DNA of 57,731 nucleotides, taken from contig CAYJLZ010000003.1 of NCBI GenBank assembly GCA_964371265.1, positions 1-57,731 of the forward strand. Reading direction: 5' to 3'. Positions 47,796 through 57,731 of this stretch are shown piece by piece. A program made the position numbers and the translations under genes. A model generated the notes under the pieces. The model saw only the letters and a program-made list of their open reading frames with translations, was not told where the DNA came from and did not search any database. Within the stretch, counting starts at the first letter, position 1, and each line of letters starts with the position of its first letter. Source of the DNA: an uncultured Bacteroides sp. GTDB taxonomy: Bacteria > Bacillota > Clostridia > Oscillospirales > Ruminococcaceae.

Positions 47796-50437
47796 TGGAA
47801 AAAAAGCTAACAATTGGTGTGATGGCGCATGTGGATGCAGGTAAAACTACGCTGTGCGAAGCAATGCTTTACACGGCCGGTAACTTGCGCCGTTTTGGCC
47901 GAGTAGACCATAAAGATGCCCATCTAGATACGCATGAAATAGAAAAAAATCGCGGCATAACAATTTTTTCGAAGCAAGCTATACTTAAAACACACACAGC
48001 ACATATTACGCTGCTTGATACGCCGGGCCATGTTGACTTTGCAAGCGAAACACAGCGTACACTTTTGGTTCAAGATGGTGTAATTATTGTAATAAGCGCT
48101 ACACACGGTGTGCAAAGCCATACGGTAACACTGCTAAAAATGCTAAAACAACACAGCATACCAACAATTATTTTTATAAATAAAACAGACGTAGAAAACA
48201 GGGTTCAAAGCGATATTTTGCAAAAGTTAAATGTTTTAACAGGTGGCGGTTGCATAGATTTTACTAATGCGCACAGCGATATGCAAAGCGGATATTTAAC
48301 ACTGCCGCAATTATACGCCGAAGAGGCAGCGCTGCAAGACGCAGGCCTATTAAGCGATTTTGTTAAAAATGGTAAACTTTCAATAAAAAATGCAATAAGC
48401 GCAATTGGTGAAAGAAAAATTTACCCTTGTTATTTTGGCTCGGCACTAAAACTTGTGGGAATAGATGAATTATTATGTGGTGTATCAAGCTTAATTGCAG
48501 AGCCCGAGCAACATGAAACATTTGCTGCACAAGTTTTTAAAATAGACGAAGATGAAAACAGCGCAAGACAAACACATGTAAAAATTACCGGTGGAACAAT
48601 TAGCGTAAAACAACCAATAACATTTGAAAACGAAAATGGACAAACAATAACAGAAAAAGTTGATGCAATAAGAATATACAACGGAAAAAAACACACAAAC
48701 GAGCAAACGGCAAAGCAAGGCACGGTATGTGCGCTAACAGGCCTATTATCAACATATGCAGGCATGGCATTGGGCGCACAAAAAACTGCAAATGCAATGC
48801 AAGGTATCGAGCCGTTTTTAAAGTATAAAATAGAAATATTAAACAACACCGATATAGGATATGCACTTGAAAAACTGCAAATTTTAACACAGCAAGACCC
48901 AATGCTAAACATAACATATAATGAAAAACTTAGCGAAATACATGTAAATATAATGGGCGAAATACAACTTCAAGTTTTAAAAGCGCAAATAAAAAGTAAA
49001 TTTAACCTCGACGTACAGTTTGTTAAAATAGGAATACTTTACAAAGAAACGATTGAAAACTCAGTTATAGGAATAGGACATTTCGAACCATTAAAACACT
49101 ACGCCGAGGTGCATTTAAAAGTTGAACCGCTGCCTAGAAATAGCGGTATAATGATAAAATCACAGTGCAGAGAAGATGTTTTAGATAAAAATTACCAAAG
49201 CAGTATATTAAATTGTTTGAAAAATAAAAAACACACAGGAGTTTTGCTTAATGCACCGTTAACAGATGTTAAAATTACATTAATTGCAGGTAGAGCGCAT
49301 AAAAAACACACCTCGGGTGCGGATTTTAGGCATGCAACAAATCGCGCACTTAGAAATGCCCTAAAAAAAGCAAACAGTGCTGTGCTTGAGCCTGTTTACA
49401 GTTACACTTTAACAGCTTTGCAAAGCTGCACAGGTAGGGCAATGGGCGATATACAGCGCATGTACGGTAAAATAGACAATACACAAACAATAAACGATAC
49501 AGCGCAAATAACAGGTATTTTGCCCGTAAGTACGGCAATGGACTATGCGCGAGAGGTAAGTATTTATACAAACGGCGAAGGCGCAATAACGCTGCAAAGT
49601 GGCGGGTATGCGCTGTGCCACAATGCCGATGAAATAATAGCTGAGTGCAGTTACAATAGCGATACAGACGAGCAAAATATTGCCGATTCGATATTTTGTG
49701 AGCAAGGCACAAGTTACACAGTAAAATGGTGGGACGTGCACAACTATGCCCACATTACAAGTTATGATAACGACGAAAAAAACATTGTGATGTCGGTGCA
49801 AAACAAAGTAATACAAGAAAAAGTAAAAAGCAGGGCTAAAACGTATTGTGAATCGTTAGAGCTTGACAAAGAGTTGCTTGAAATTTTTGAGCGCACATAC
49901 GGCAAAATAAAAAAAGACCCAAGTAAAAGTATGCAAAGCGTTAAAAAGCAGCCAAAGCCAACACAAATACAACTTAGCAAACCCTCCAAAACAGATGAAG
50001 TAAAACAAGCAGGTGCACAATATCTTCTTGTAGACGGCTACAACGTAATATATGCTTGGGAGCAATTAAAACAACTTGCACAAGATAATTTGGACTCTGC
50101 AAGACGAAAATTGATAGATATGCTGTGCAATCACACAGGGGTAATTGGCTGTGAAACAATTGTTGTATTTGATGCATATAAGGTAAAAGACGGCGTGGGA
50201 GATGTGCAAAAAATAGGCAATATACATGTTGTTTATACAAAAGAGGCCGAAACCGCAGATATGTATATTGAAAAAACAACGCACAACCTAGCAAAAAAAC
50301 ACTATGTAAGGGTTGTAACGAGCGACAGCTTAGAGCAGCTTATAATTATGGGCCATGGCGCAATGCGCGTATCGGCAAATGCGTTTTTGCAAGAGGTGCA
50401 AACAGCGGCGGAAACAATAAAGCAGTATCTTCAGTAA
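47795..50437 (+). CDS. EF-G/TetM-like translational GTPase fused to a C-terminal NYN (YacP/Rae1) ribonuclease domain
   Basis: AHVDAGKTT, RGITI, DTPGH, NKTD, GSAL and EF-G-like domains II-V. From 50021: LLVDGYN...VVFDA...ETAD..IE...VTSD. Confidence 0.9.
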   Translation: MEKKLTIGVMAHVDAGKTTLCEAMLYTAGNLRRFGRVDHKDAHLDTHEIEKNRGITIFSKQAILKTHTAHITLLDTPGHVDFASETQRTLLVQDGVIIVISATHGVQSHTVTLLKMLKQHSIPTIIFINKTDVENRVQSDILQKLNVLTGGGCIDFTNAHSDMQSGYLTLPQLYAEEAALQDAGLLSDFVKNGKLSIKNAISAIGERKIYPCYFGSALKLVGIDELLCGVSSLIAEPEQHETFAAQVFKIDEDENSARQTHVKITGGTISVKQPITFENENGQTITEKVDAIRIYNGKKHTNEQTAKQGTVCALTGLLSTYAGMALGAQKTANAMQGIEPFLKYKIEILNNTDIGYALEKLQILTQQDPMLNITYNEKLSEIHVNIMGEIQLQVLKAQIKSKFNLDVQFVKIGILYKETIENSVIGIGHFEPLKHYAEVHLKVEPLPRNSGIMIKSQCREDVLDKNYQSSILNCLKNKKHTGVLLNAPLTDVKITLIAGRAHKKHTSGADFRHATNRALRNALKKANSAVLEPVYSYTLTALQSCTGRAMGDIQRMYGKIDNTQTINDTAQITGILPVSTAMDYAREVSIYTNGEGAITLQSGGYALCHNADEIIAECSYNSDTDEQNIADSIFCEQGTSYTVKWWDVHNYAHITSYDNDEKNIVMSVQNKVIQEKVKSRAKTYCESLELDKELLEIFERTYGKIKKDPSKSMQSVKKQPKPTQIQLSKPSKTDEVKQAGAQYLLVDGYNVIYAWEQLKQLAQDNLDSARRKLIDMLCNHTGVIGCETIVVFDAYKVKDGVGDVQKIGNIHVVYTKEAETADMYIEKTTHNLAKKHYVRVVTSDSLEQLIIMGHGAMRVSANAFLQEVQTAAETIKQYLQ

Positions 50438-50473
50438 ACAGCTACGTATAAGCTATGCTTAGCAATGCCGAAT

Positions 50474-50502
50474 TTGAAAAAACCTGAAAAATATGTTATA
50501 AT
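50474..50502 (+). promoter_or_regulatory. SigA promoter of ruvC
   Basis: TTGAAA-N17-TATAAT with a TG extension. Confidence 0.75.
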
Positions 50503-50530
50503 TATAAGATATGTTAAAAGGAGAAACGCC

Positions 50531-51052
50531 ATGATTGTTTTAGGTATAGACCCAGGATATGCCATAGTTGGCTTTGGAGTAATAGACTATACAAACAATG
50601 CTTTTACTCCTTTAAGCTACGGTGCTGTTACAACAAAGGCAAAAACAAAATTTGAGCACAGGCTAACAGAAATTTATGACGATTTAAAACAAATTATACA
50701 AAGCACAAAGCCTGAAGCAATTGCACTTGAGAGCCTGTTTTTTACAACAAATCAAAAAACGGCAATTGCGGTTGCGCAGGCAAGGGGTGTAATATTGCTT
50801 GCAGCTAGCAAAGCGTGTGTGCCTGTGTTTGAGTACACACCGATGCAAGTAAAACAGAGCGTTTCGGGTTATGGCAAGGCAACAAAAAAACAAGTGCAAG
50901 AAATGACAAGAACCATTTTAAGAATGAAGACAACCCCAAAACCCGACGATGCAGCGGACGCACTTGCCCTTGCAATATGTCATGCTTACAGCCATAAAAG
51001 TAAGCAGTACGCTATAACTCCAACAAAGCGTCAGCAGCAAGGTTACTACTAA
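50531..51052 (+). CDS. ruvC: Holliday junction resolvase RuvC
   Basis: LGIDPG, ESLFF, QARG, EYTP..VK and DDAADALA motifs; ATG at 50531 after AAGGAG. Confidence 0.96.
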   Translation: MIVLGIDPGYAIVGFGVIDYTNNAFTPLSYGAVTTKAKTKFEHRLTEIYDDLKQIIQSTKPEAIALESLFFTTNQKTAIAVAQARGVILLAASKACVPVFEYTPMQVKQSVSGYGKATKKQVQEMTRTILRMKTTPKPDDAADALALAICHAYSHKSKQYAITPTKRQQQGYY

Positions 51053-51178
51053 TTTTTTAGTTTGCAGTAAAACATATATCTTATACAATATTACTTTTTG
51101 CAAATGTTTAAAAGTAGTACATTTATATTTTGTTTAAGTACCAATTTACACATCGTGAAGAAAGGACTGCTTACATTT

Positions 51179-51784
51179 ATGATTTATAGCTTAAGTGGAA
51201 CAGTAACTGAAAAATCATCGGACTACATTGTAATAAGCTGTGCGGGCGTAGGATATTATGTATCGGTGCCGCAAAGAATAAATGCGCAACTATCGCCCAT
51301 TGGCAAGGATGCAACAATTTACACTGTGATGAACGTTACCGAAAACGATGTTGCTCTTTTTGGCTTTGATGATATTGAAAGCCGCAAAATGTTTTTGCTT
51401 TTAACAAGCGTGTCGGGCGTGGGGCCAAAGGCGGGGCTTGCTATTTTAAGTGCACTAAATTGTGCACAAATTGCGCTTGCACTATCGAGCGCAAACTACA
51501 AAGCCTTTACCGCTGCAAATGGTGTTGGCCCAAAACTAGCACAAAGAATTGTACTGGAACTTAAAGATAAAGTTGGCAAAGGGCTTGTGCAAAGCGATAC
51601 AAGTGGTATACAAAGTGGCGAGTTTGCATCTGCAGCTAGCGATGTCTCTCAGGCAATGGCCGCACTTATGGCACTTGGGTACACCGCAGGCGAGGCAAAC
51701 GCCGCGCTTGCAAATATAGACACAACACTGCCAACTGCGGAAATTATTAGGCTGGCACTGCAAAATATCGGTAAAAGGGGTTAG
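51179..51784 (+). CDS. ruvA: Holliday junction branch migration protein RuvA
   Basis: GVGY, LFGF, VSGVGPK, GVGPKLAQRIVLELKDK and ALMALGY motifs. Confidence 0.96.
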   Translation: MIYSLSGTVTEKSSDYIVISCAGVGYYVSVPQRINAQLSPIGKDATIYTVMNVTENDVALFGFDDIESRKMFLLLTSVSGVGPKAGLAILSALNCAQIALALSSANYKAFTAANGVGPKLAQRIVLELKDKVGKGLVQSDTSGIQSGEFASAASDVSQAMAALMALGYTAGEANAALANIDTTLPTAEIIRLALQNIGKRG

Positions 51785-51787
51785 CGC

Positions 51788-52873
51788 ATGGCTATTGATT
51801 TGGTAAACGTTAATTACGAACAAGACGACGATGCACAGCGCATAATTAGTGCAGAAAAACAGCCACAAGAATTTGATGCAGAGCTAAGCTTGCGCCCACA
51901 AACACTAGAAGAATACATAGGGCAAGACAAGGTTAAAGAAAACCTAAAAGTATATTTGCAAGCTGCAAAATTAAGGCAAGAGCCGCTTGACCATTTGCTA
52001 CTTTACGGCCCACCGGGGCTTGGCAAAACAACGCTTGCATGTATAGTTGCAAAAGAAATGGGCGTGCATATAAGAATAACATCGGGGCCCGCAATAGAAA
52101 AACCGGGCGATTTAGCAGCGCTTTTAACTAATTTACAAGAGGGCGACGTGCTATTTATTGACGAAATACATCGCCTTTCAAGACAAATAGAAGAAGTGCT
52201 TTACCCGGCGCTGGAGGATTATGCACTTGATATAATGATAGGAAAGGGCCCGTCGGCACAGAGCATACGCATAAACTTACCGAAATTTACCCTAGTGGGT
52301 GCAACCACAAGGGCAGGGCAGCTTACAAGCCCCTTAAGAGACAGATTTGGCGTTATATTAAAACTGGAACTGTACTCGGCAAGCGAACTTGCAAAAATAA
52401 TAACACGCAGTGCCGATATATTACAGATAAAATGCACAAATGACGGCGCACATGAAATGGCAAAATGTAGCCGAGGCACACCAAGGGTTGCAAACAGAAT
52501 ACTTCGCCGAGTGCGCGACTTTGCAATAGTATTGGGCGAGGGTGAAATAACAAAACAACAGGCACTAAATGCCCTAAAACGAATGGACATTGATTATATG
52601 GGCCTTGATGAACTTGACAGAAATGTGCTTAAAGCGATAATTGAAATGTACTCAGGCGGCCCGGTTGGGCTTGAAACGCTTGCCGCAGCACTTGGTGAAG
52701 AGGCAATTACACTTGAAGATGTGTGCGAACCTTATTTAATGCAACAAGGGTATTTAACACGCACACCGCGTGGCAGATGTGTAACAAGGCTTGCATTTGA
52801 GCATTTAGGAATAAAACCACCTAAAAGAGACGGCAAAAACCCGCAACAAAGCTTTTTTGATGAAGAAGAGTAA
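51788..52873 (+). CDS. ruvB: Holliday junction helicase RuvB
   Basis: [32 protein letters not shown] and RTPRGR motifs. Confidence 0.97.
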   Translation: MAIDLVNVNYEQDDDAQRIISAEKQPQEFDAELSLRPQTLEEYIGQDKVKENLKVYLQAAKLRQEPLDHLLLYGPPGLGKTTLACIVAKEMGVHIRITSGPAIEKPGDLAALLTNLQEGDVLFIDEIHRLSRQIEEVLYPALEDYALDIMIGKGPSAQSIRINLPKFTLVGATTRAGQLTSPLRDRFGVILKLELYSASELAKIITRSADILQIKCTNDGAHEMAKCSRGTPRVANRILRRVRDFAIVLGEGEITKQQALNALKRMDIDYMGLDELDRNVLKAIIEMYSGGPVGLETLAAALGEEAITLEDVCEPYLMQQGYLTRTPRGRCVTRLAFEHLGIKPPKRDGKNPQQSFFDEEE

Positions 52874-53136
52874 TGATGATTTTGCGAATGAGCAAAGTTG
52901 TATCGGGATTATAAAATAATGAATAGCCAAATGAACAACAAACAACTTACAAAACTTAGAAGAGAAGTTTTTTGCCGAGCTTTTTTTCAAAAAAGCGGAA
53001 GGGGTAAAAAGAAAAAACACTAAAAATTTATATAATATACTAATTTTTTTAACATTTATACTGTAAAATAATTAACGCCATAAATATAAATATTAAATAC
53101 TAAAATATAATTGTATACCAGAAAGGAATTCACAAA

Positions 53137-54489
53137 ATGGGAAAACTATTCGGAACAGATGGAATAAGAGGAATTGCAGGAAAAGAACTTTCGACAGAAC
53201 TTGCGATGCAAATAGGCAGAGCAGCAGCTGCAGTGCTTGCCGGAAAAACAAAACATAAACCCAAATTTATAATAGGCAAAGATACACGAATATCGGGCGA
53301 CATGCTTGAGAGTGCACTTGCAGCAGGCCTTTGCAGCGTAGGCGCAAACGTAGAAATTTTAGGCGTTGTACCAACGCCGGCCGTTGCATACCTTGTAACA
53401 AAATATAACGCCGACGCAGGCGTTGTAATATCGGCATCACACAATCCGGTAGAATTTAACGGCATAAAACTTTTTGGTGGCGAGGGACGTAAACTGCCCG
53501 ACGATGTAGAAAACGAAATTGAAACGCATGTACTAAACGGCGGAGAAAACCTAACACTGTGTAGCGGCATTGACGTTGGACAAATTACATATGCCCAAAA
53601 TGCACAAGAAGATTATACAAACTATATAAAAAACATAATAAATACTGATTTATCGGGAATAAACGTAGCGATAGACTGTGCAAACGGTGCTGCAAGCGAC
53701 GTTGCACAAAAGCTGTTTACATCTTTAAACGCAAACTGTAAATTTATAGGTACTGCCCCAAACGGAGAGAATATTAACGACGGCTGTGGATCGACACACC
53801 TTGATAAACTAAGCAAGTTTGTACTGAAAAATAATATGGATTGTGGCGTAGCATTTGACGGCGACGCCGACAGATGCCTTGCAGTAGACGAAAAAGGGCA
53901 AGAAATAGACGGCGATAAAATTATAGCCATACTTGCAGGCCAATTAAAAGTCGAGGGAAAACTAAATCAAAACACGGCCGTTGCCACAGTAATGAGCAAC
54001 ATGGGATTTATGGAGTACATGAAAGAAAACGACATACAAACGGCAACAACAGCAGTAGGCGACAGATACGTACTTGAAGAAATGCTTGACAAAGGCTACA
54101 ACCTTGGCGGCGAACAAAGCGGCCACGTAATATTACTAGATTACTGCACAACAGGCGATGGTGAATTGACCGCAGGTATGCTGCTTCGTACATTGGCACA
54201 AAAAAAATGCAAAATGAGCGATTTGAACGGAATATACAAAAAATTCCCACAAGTTATAGTAAATATAAAAGCATCTCGCGAAGAAAAAGACAAATATAAA
54301 AATGACGAGTACATTGAAGGATTTATAGAAGGGCAACAACAAAGCCTTATGGGCCAAGGTCGCGTACTTGTGCGTGCCTCCGGTACCGAACCTCTTATTA
54401 GGGTAATGGTAGAAGGTAGGGACGAGGACGCAATAGGCGTAGCAGCACAAAAAATTGCCGATAAAATAAACCAAAGAATACATAAGTAA
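53137..54489 (+). CDS. glmM: Phosphoglucosamine mutase
   Basis: FGTDGIRG, SASHNP, DGDADR, GGEQSGH and RASGTEP motifs. Confidence 0.95.
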   Translation: MGKLFGTDGIRGIAGKELSTELAMQIGRAAAAVLAGKTKHKPKFIIGKDTRISGDMLESALAAGLCSVGANVEILGVVPTPAVAYLVTKYNADAGVVISASHNPVEFNGIKLFGGEGRKLPDDVENEIETHVLNGGENLTLCSGIDVGQITYAQNAQEDYTNYIKNIINTDLSGINVAIDCANGAASDVAQKLFTSLNANCKFIGTAPNGENINDGCGSTHLDKLSKFVLKNNMDCGVAFDGDADRCLAVDEKGQEIDGDKIIAILAGQLKVEGKLNQNTAVATVMSNMGFMEYMKENDIQTATTAVGDRYVLEEMLDKGYNLGGEQSGHVILLDYCTTGDGELTAGMLLRTLAQKKCKMSDLNGIYKKFPQVIVNIKASREEKDKYKNDEYIEGFIEGQQQSLMGQGRVLVRASGTEPLIRVMVEGRDEDAIGVAAQKIADKINQRIHK

Positions 54490-54545
54490 AACACAATACT
54501 AAGGCAATGCATAATGAAATTGCAAATGCCCGTAAGGAATAAGCA

Positions 54546-55442
54546 ATGAGAGTATCGAACAAATGGAGCGAATACGAACTTATAGACGCTACGCACAAAA
54601 ATAGGCTTGAGCGCTGGGGCGATGTAACATTAATAAGACCCGACCCTCAAGTTATTTGGAAATGCGATAAAATGAGCGATAAATGGAAAAATGTTGATGC
54701 GGTGTACAGCCGATCGAACACCGGCGGCGGTGCATGGCAATACAAACGCAAAATAAAAAATAAGTGGAATATTAAATACGGCGAGTTAACTATGATTGTA
54801 TCTCCTACGGGCTTTAAACACACGGGAATTTTTCCCGAACAAGCAGTTAACTGGGACGCATATATTGAGCTAATAACAGCCGAAAACAAACGGCGCACAC
54901 AGCCCATAAAGGTTTTAAATTTGTTTGGCTATACGGGCGGTGCAACGCTTGCTTGCGCATATGCAGGCGCAAGCGTATGCCATGTAGACGCCAGTAAAGG
55001 TATGGTTAACTGGGCAAAAGAAAACGCCTTTGCAAACAATTTTGCCGACAAACCCATAAGATGGATTGTGGACGACTGTGCAAAATTTGTTGCAAGGGAA
55101 ATAAAACGCGGCCAAAAATACGACGCTCTTATTATGGACCCACCAAGCTACGGTAGAGGCCCGGGCGGTGAAGTATGGAAAATAGAGGACAGCATTTACG
55201 AGCTTATAGACCTTTGTGCAGGTGTTTTAAGCGATAATCCGTTATTTGTTGCGGTAAATAGCTACACAACGGGGCTTTCGCCAAGTGTAATGCAGTACAT
55301 GTTAATGATGCGAGTGCAAAGCGTTTATGGCGGGCGCACCGAATGCGACGAAATAGGTATAAAAGTAACAAGCACAAATGGCAATGTACCGTGCGGTGCA
55401 ACGGCATTTTGGCTTTCCGATACGGCTAAAATAAAGCTGTAA
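54546..55442 (+). CDS. Class I SAM-dependent methyltransferase (RlmI/RlmK C-domain-like)
   Basis: HTGIFPEQ, LNLFGYTG, VDAS and MDPPSYG motifs. Confidence 0.82.
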   Translation: MRVSNKWSEYELIDATHKNRLERWGDVTLIRPDPQVIWKCDKMSDKWKNVDAVYSRSNTGGGAWQYKRKIKNKWNIKYGELTMIVSPTGFKHTGIFPEQAVNWDAYIELITAENKRRTQPIKVLNLFGYTGGATLACAYAGASVCHVDASKGMVNWAKENAFANNFADKPIRWIVDDCAKFVAREIKRGQKYDALIMDPPSYGRGPGGEVWKIEDSIYELIDLCAGVLSDNPLFVAVNSYTTGLSPSVMQYMLMMRVQSVYGGRTECDEIGIKVTSTNGNVPCGATAFWLSDTAKIKL

Positions 55443-55487
55443 AGCATTGCAAACAAGGCTTATAATAACTGAAAGGAATTTTACACA

Positions 55488-56351
55488 TTGAACAACTGCG
55501 ATAACAACATGATAAATGTGCAAGACATATCGTTTTCGTATAGCGAACAGGGAATTAACGCCATAGATGGGCTGTCGATGAACGTAAGTAAGGGTGAATT
55601 TGTAGCTGTGCTTGGTGCAAACGGGTGCGGCAAAAGCACGCTTGCAAAGCACTTTAATGCAGTGTTGTTACCGCAAAAAGGCACAGTGTATGTACAAGAA
55701 ATTGACACAAAAAACGAGCAAAGACTTTTAGAACTTCGACAAAAAGTCGGTATGGTTTTTCAAAACCCCGACAACCAAATTGTGGCAACAATTGTGGAAG
55801 AAGACGTTGCATTTGCCCTTGAGAACCTAGGTGTAGAGCCCGGCGAAACCCGAAAAAGAGTTGATGAAGCGATGAATATGTCGGGGATATACAAGCACAG
55901 GCTAAAAGCGCCACATAAGCTTTCCGGTGGGCAAAAACAGCGTGTGGCAATTGCTGGTGTAATAGCTATGCGCCCAAACTGCCTTGTGCTAGACGAAGCA
56001 ACAGCAATGCTAGACCCAATTGGCAGGGAAAAAGTGATGCACACCGTAAAAAAATTAAATAGAGATTTTAACATTACAGTTGTTCATATAACTCATTACA
56101 TGGAAGAGGCAACACTTGCCGACAGAGTTATTGTAATGAGCGAGGGAAAAATAGTAATGCAAGGCACGCCAAAACAAGTTTTTAGCAACATAAATAAGGT
56201 AAGGCAGTATCACCTAGACGTACCGCAGGCCGCAGAGCTTTGTGCGCTGCTTACACAACAAGGACAAGCTATGAAAAGCGACATAATAGACGTTGATGAG
56301 TGCGCGAAAGAGCTGTACAAAGCACTTACAGGCAAGGAGGCACCGCTGTGA
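55488..56351 (+). CDS. ecfA1: ECF transporter ATPase EcfA1
   Basis: GANGCGKST, FQNPDNQ, LSGGQKQR and LDEATAMLDP motifs. Confidence 0.92.
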   Translation: MNNCDNNMINVQDISFSYSEQGINAIDGLSMNVSKGEFVAVLGANGCGKSTLAKHFNAVLLPQKGTVYVQEIDTKNEQRLLELRQKVGMVFQNPDNQIVATIVEEDVAFALENLGVEPGETRKRVDEAMNMSGIYKHRLKAPHKLSGGQKQRVAIAGVIAMRPNCLVLDEATAMLDPIGREKVMHTVKKLNRDFNITVVHITHYMEEATLADRVIVMSEGKIVMQGTPKQVFSNINKVRQYHLDVPQAAELCALLTQQGQAMKSDIIDVDECAKELYKALTGKEAPL

Positions 56352-57232
56352 GTGAAATGATAAGGGTAGAAAACGTAAGCTATATTTACAACGAGGGAAT
56401 GCCCGACGAAACAACCGCACTAAATAATATTAACATAAGCGTAAACGAGGGAGAATTTGTAGGGCTTATAGGGCCTACCGGTTGCGGAAAAAGCACGCTT
56501 ATAACTCATTTTAACGGCATTAATAAGCCCGGTAGCGGTAAAATATACATTGGCGGCGAAGATATATGGCACAACCCTAAAAATATACGAAAATTTAGGT
56601 TTATGGTTGGGCTTGTTTTTCAGTACCCCGAGTACCAACTGTTTGAAGAAACGGTGTACAAAGACATTGCATACGGCCCAATAAACATGGGCCTTACACA
56701 GCAAGAGGTAAAACAGAGGGTTGAAATGGCAGCACACTTTTGTCAGCTCAGCAATGAAATGCTGCAAAAAAGCCCGTTCGAGCTGTCGGGCGGGCAAAAA
56801 AGACGTGCTGCAATAGCGGGCGTGCTTGCAATGCAGCCAAAAATACTAGTGCTGGACGAACCCGCCGCCGGCCTTGACCCAATGGGGCGCGATGCAATTT
56901 TAGGACAAATAAAGGACTACCATAAACAAACAAAAAACACAACAATACTTGTAAGCCACAGCATGGAAGACATTGCAAAATATGCCGATAAAGTAATTGT
57001 AATGAACAATGCGCAAGTAATAATGTACGATACAACGCAAAATGTATTTGCAAATGCACAAATGCTTATAAACATAGGCTTAAGTGTGCCGCAAATTACT
57101 CAAATATTTTTAAAACTAAAGCAAATGGGGCTAAACATAAAAACCGATGTTTACACAATGGATTATGCGGTGAAAACAATTTTAAATGCAAAAAACAGTA
57201 AAGATATTTTCGCCGAAAAAGGCGGTGTTTAA
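56348..57232 (+). CDS. ecfA2: ECF transporter ATPase EcfA2
   Basis: GPTGCGKST, FQYPEYQLFEET and SPFELSGGQKRR motifs; GTG at 56348 after AGGAGG. Confidence 0.92.
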   Translation: MSEMIRVENVSYIYNEGMPDETTALNNINISVNEGEFVGLIGPTGCGKSTLITHFNGINKPGSGKIYIGGEDIWHNPKNIRKFRFMVGLVFQYPEYQLFEETVYKDIAYGPINMGLTQQEVKQRVEMAAHFCQLSNEMLQKSPFELSGGQKRRAAIAGVLAMQPKILVLDEPAAGLDPMGRDAILGQIKDYHKQTKNTTILVSHSMEDIAKYADKVIVMNNAQVIMYDTTQNVFANAQMLINIGLSVPQITQIFLKLKQMGLNIKTDVYTMDYAVKTILNAKNSKDIFAEKGGV

Positions 57233-57731
57233 ATGCTAAGAGATATAACTATAGGTCAGCATTTTCCGGGAAATTCTGCCGTGCATAAGGCCGACCCAAG
57301 GTTAAAAATAGTGCTTACAATTGCGTACGTGGTAATGCTATTTGCAACGCCAAATTTTGGTGCACTTGTGGTATCGTTTTTGTTTTTATTGCTTCTTTAT
57401 ACGGCAAGTAAAATAAAAATTAAGGTAATAATTAAAAGCCTAAAACCCATAGTGCCACTAATTTTATTTACAAGTGTATTAAATTTATTTTTTATGACAG
57501 ACGATACACAGCCACTATTTTCGTTTTGGATAATAGATGTTTATACAGTAGGAATAGAATACGCAATTCTTATAACAGTAAGATTAATATTGCTAATAGC
57601 CGGAACAAGCCTTTTAACATACACAACAAGCCCCATAGCGCTTACAGATGCAATTGAAAGATTGCTTAGCCCATTTGCAAAACTGCGGCTACCGGTGCAC
57701 GAACTTGCAATGATAATGACAATTGCCCTAC
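57233..57731 (+). CDS. ecfT: ECF transmembrane component EcfT (3'-truncated; not in the ORF track)
   Basis: Translated by hand: MLRDITIGQHFPGNSAVHKADPRLK...LLTYTTSP..LTDAIE..L.P. Confidence 0.9.
   Translation, partial: MLRDITIGQHFPGNSAVHKADPRLKIVLTIAYVVMLFATPNFGALVVSFLFLLLLYTASKIKIKVIIKSLKPIVPLILFTSVLNLFFMTDDTQPLFSFWIIDVYTVGIEYAILITVRLILLIAGTSLLTYTTSPIALTDAIERLLSPFAKLRLPVHELAMIMTIAL

Noticed and set aside
47795..50437. Tetracycline-resistance ribosomal protection gene (tetM/O/W)
   Set aside because: It lacks the YSPVST domain-IV loop, is much longer with a NYN domain, and has no mobile context.
50440..51178. LexA/SOS box upstream of ruvC or ruvA
   Set aside because: No GAAC-N4-GTTC match was seen.
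1090..57059. Numerous antisense and alternative-frame ORFs in the track (e.g. 1319-1933, 25021-25794, 29571-30200, 37344-37955)
   Set aside because: They overlap well-supported genes, have no recognisable motifs, and are the expected shadows of codon bias.

Overview
AT-rich chromosomal segment of a Clostridia-class Firmicute. The gene set and style suggest Oscillospiraceae/Ruminococcaceae, which is an inference. Left arm (1-10.5 kb): aconitase (5'-truncated), isocitrate dehydrogenase, rex, tdk, tRNA-Thr(GGT), a small cell-envelope glycosylation locus (GT2 + DUF2304, a convergent GT-C-like membrane protein and partner, a GT4), and a MinD-like/MgsA-like pair with degenerate catalytic motifs. 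Centre (10.7-45.4 kb): a ~35 kb chemotaxis/flagellar cluster. It contains cheA-W-R-B on the minus strand, a FliK-like/FlhB-C pair, a PilZ protein, then flgBC-fliEFGHIJK-flgD-(TIGR02530-like)-flgE, and flbD-motAB-fliMY-cheY-fliOPQR-flhBA-fliA-flgF/G-cheCDV-EAL/HDOD. No flagellin, filament-assembly, flhF/flhG or chemoreceptor genes are in the window. Right arm: DUF378, alr, a cysteine hydrolase, an EF-G/TetM-like GTPase fused to an intact Rae1/YacP-type NYN ribonuclease, ruvCAB, glmM, a SAM methyltransferase and ecfA1A2T (3'-truncated). Best leads: the GTPase-NYN fusion, a multi-stem structured leader before flgE, an exact 16-mer shared by the fliM and fliA leaders, the doubly degenerate MinD/MgsA pair, and acidic Lys/Arg-poor exported flagellar proteins with a Na+-type stator signature. 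No mobile element or CRISPR array was seen. All family calls are from motif recognition by eye, not database searches.
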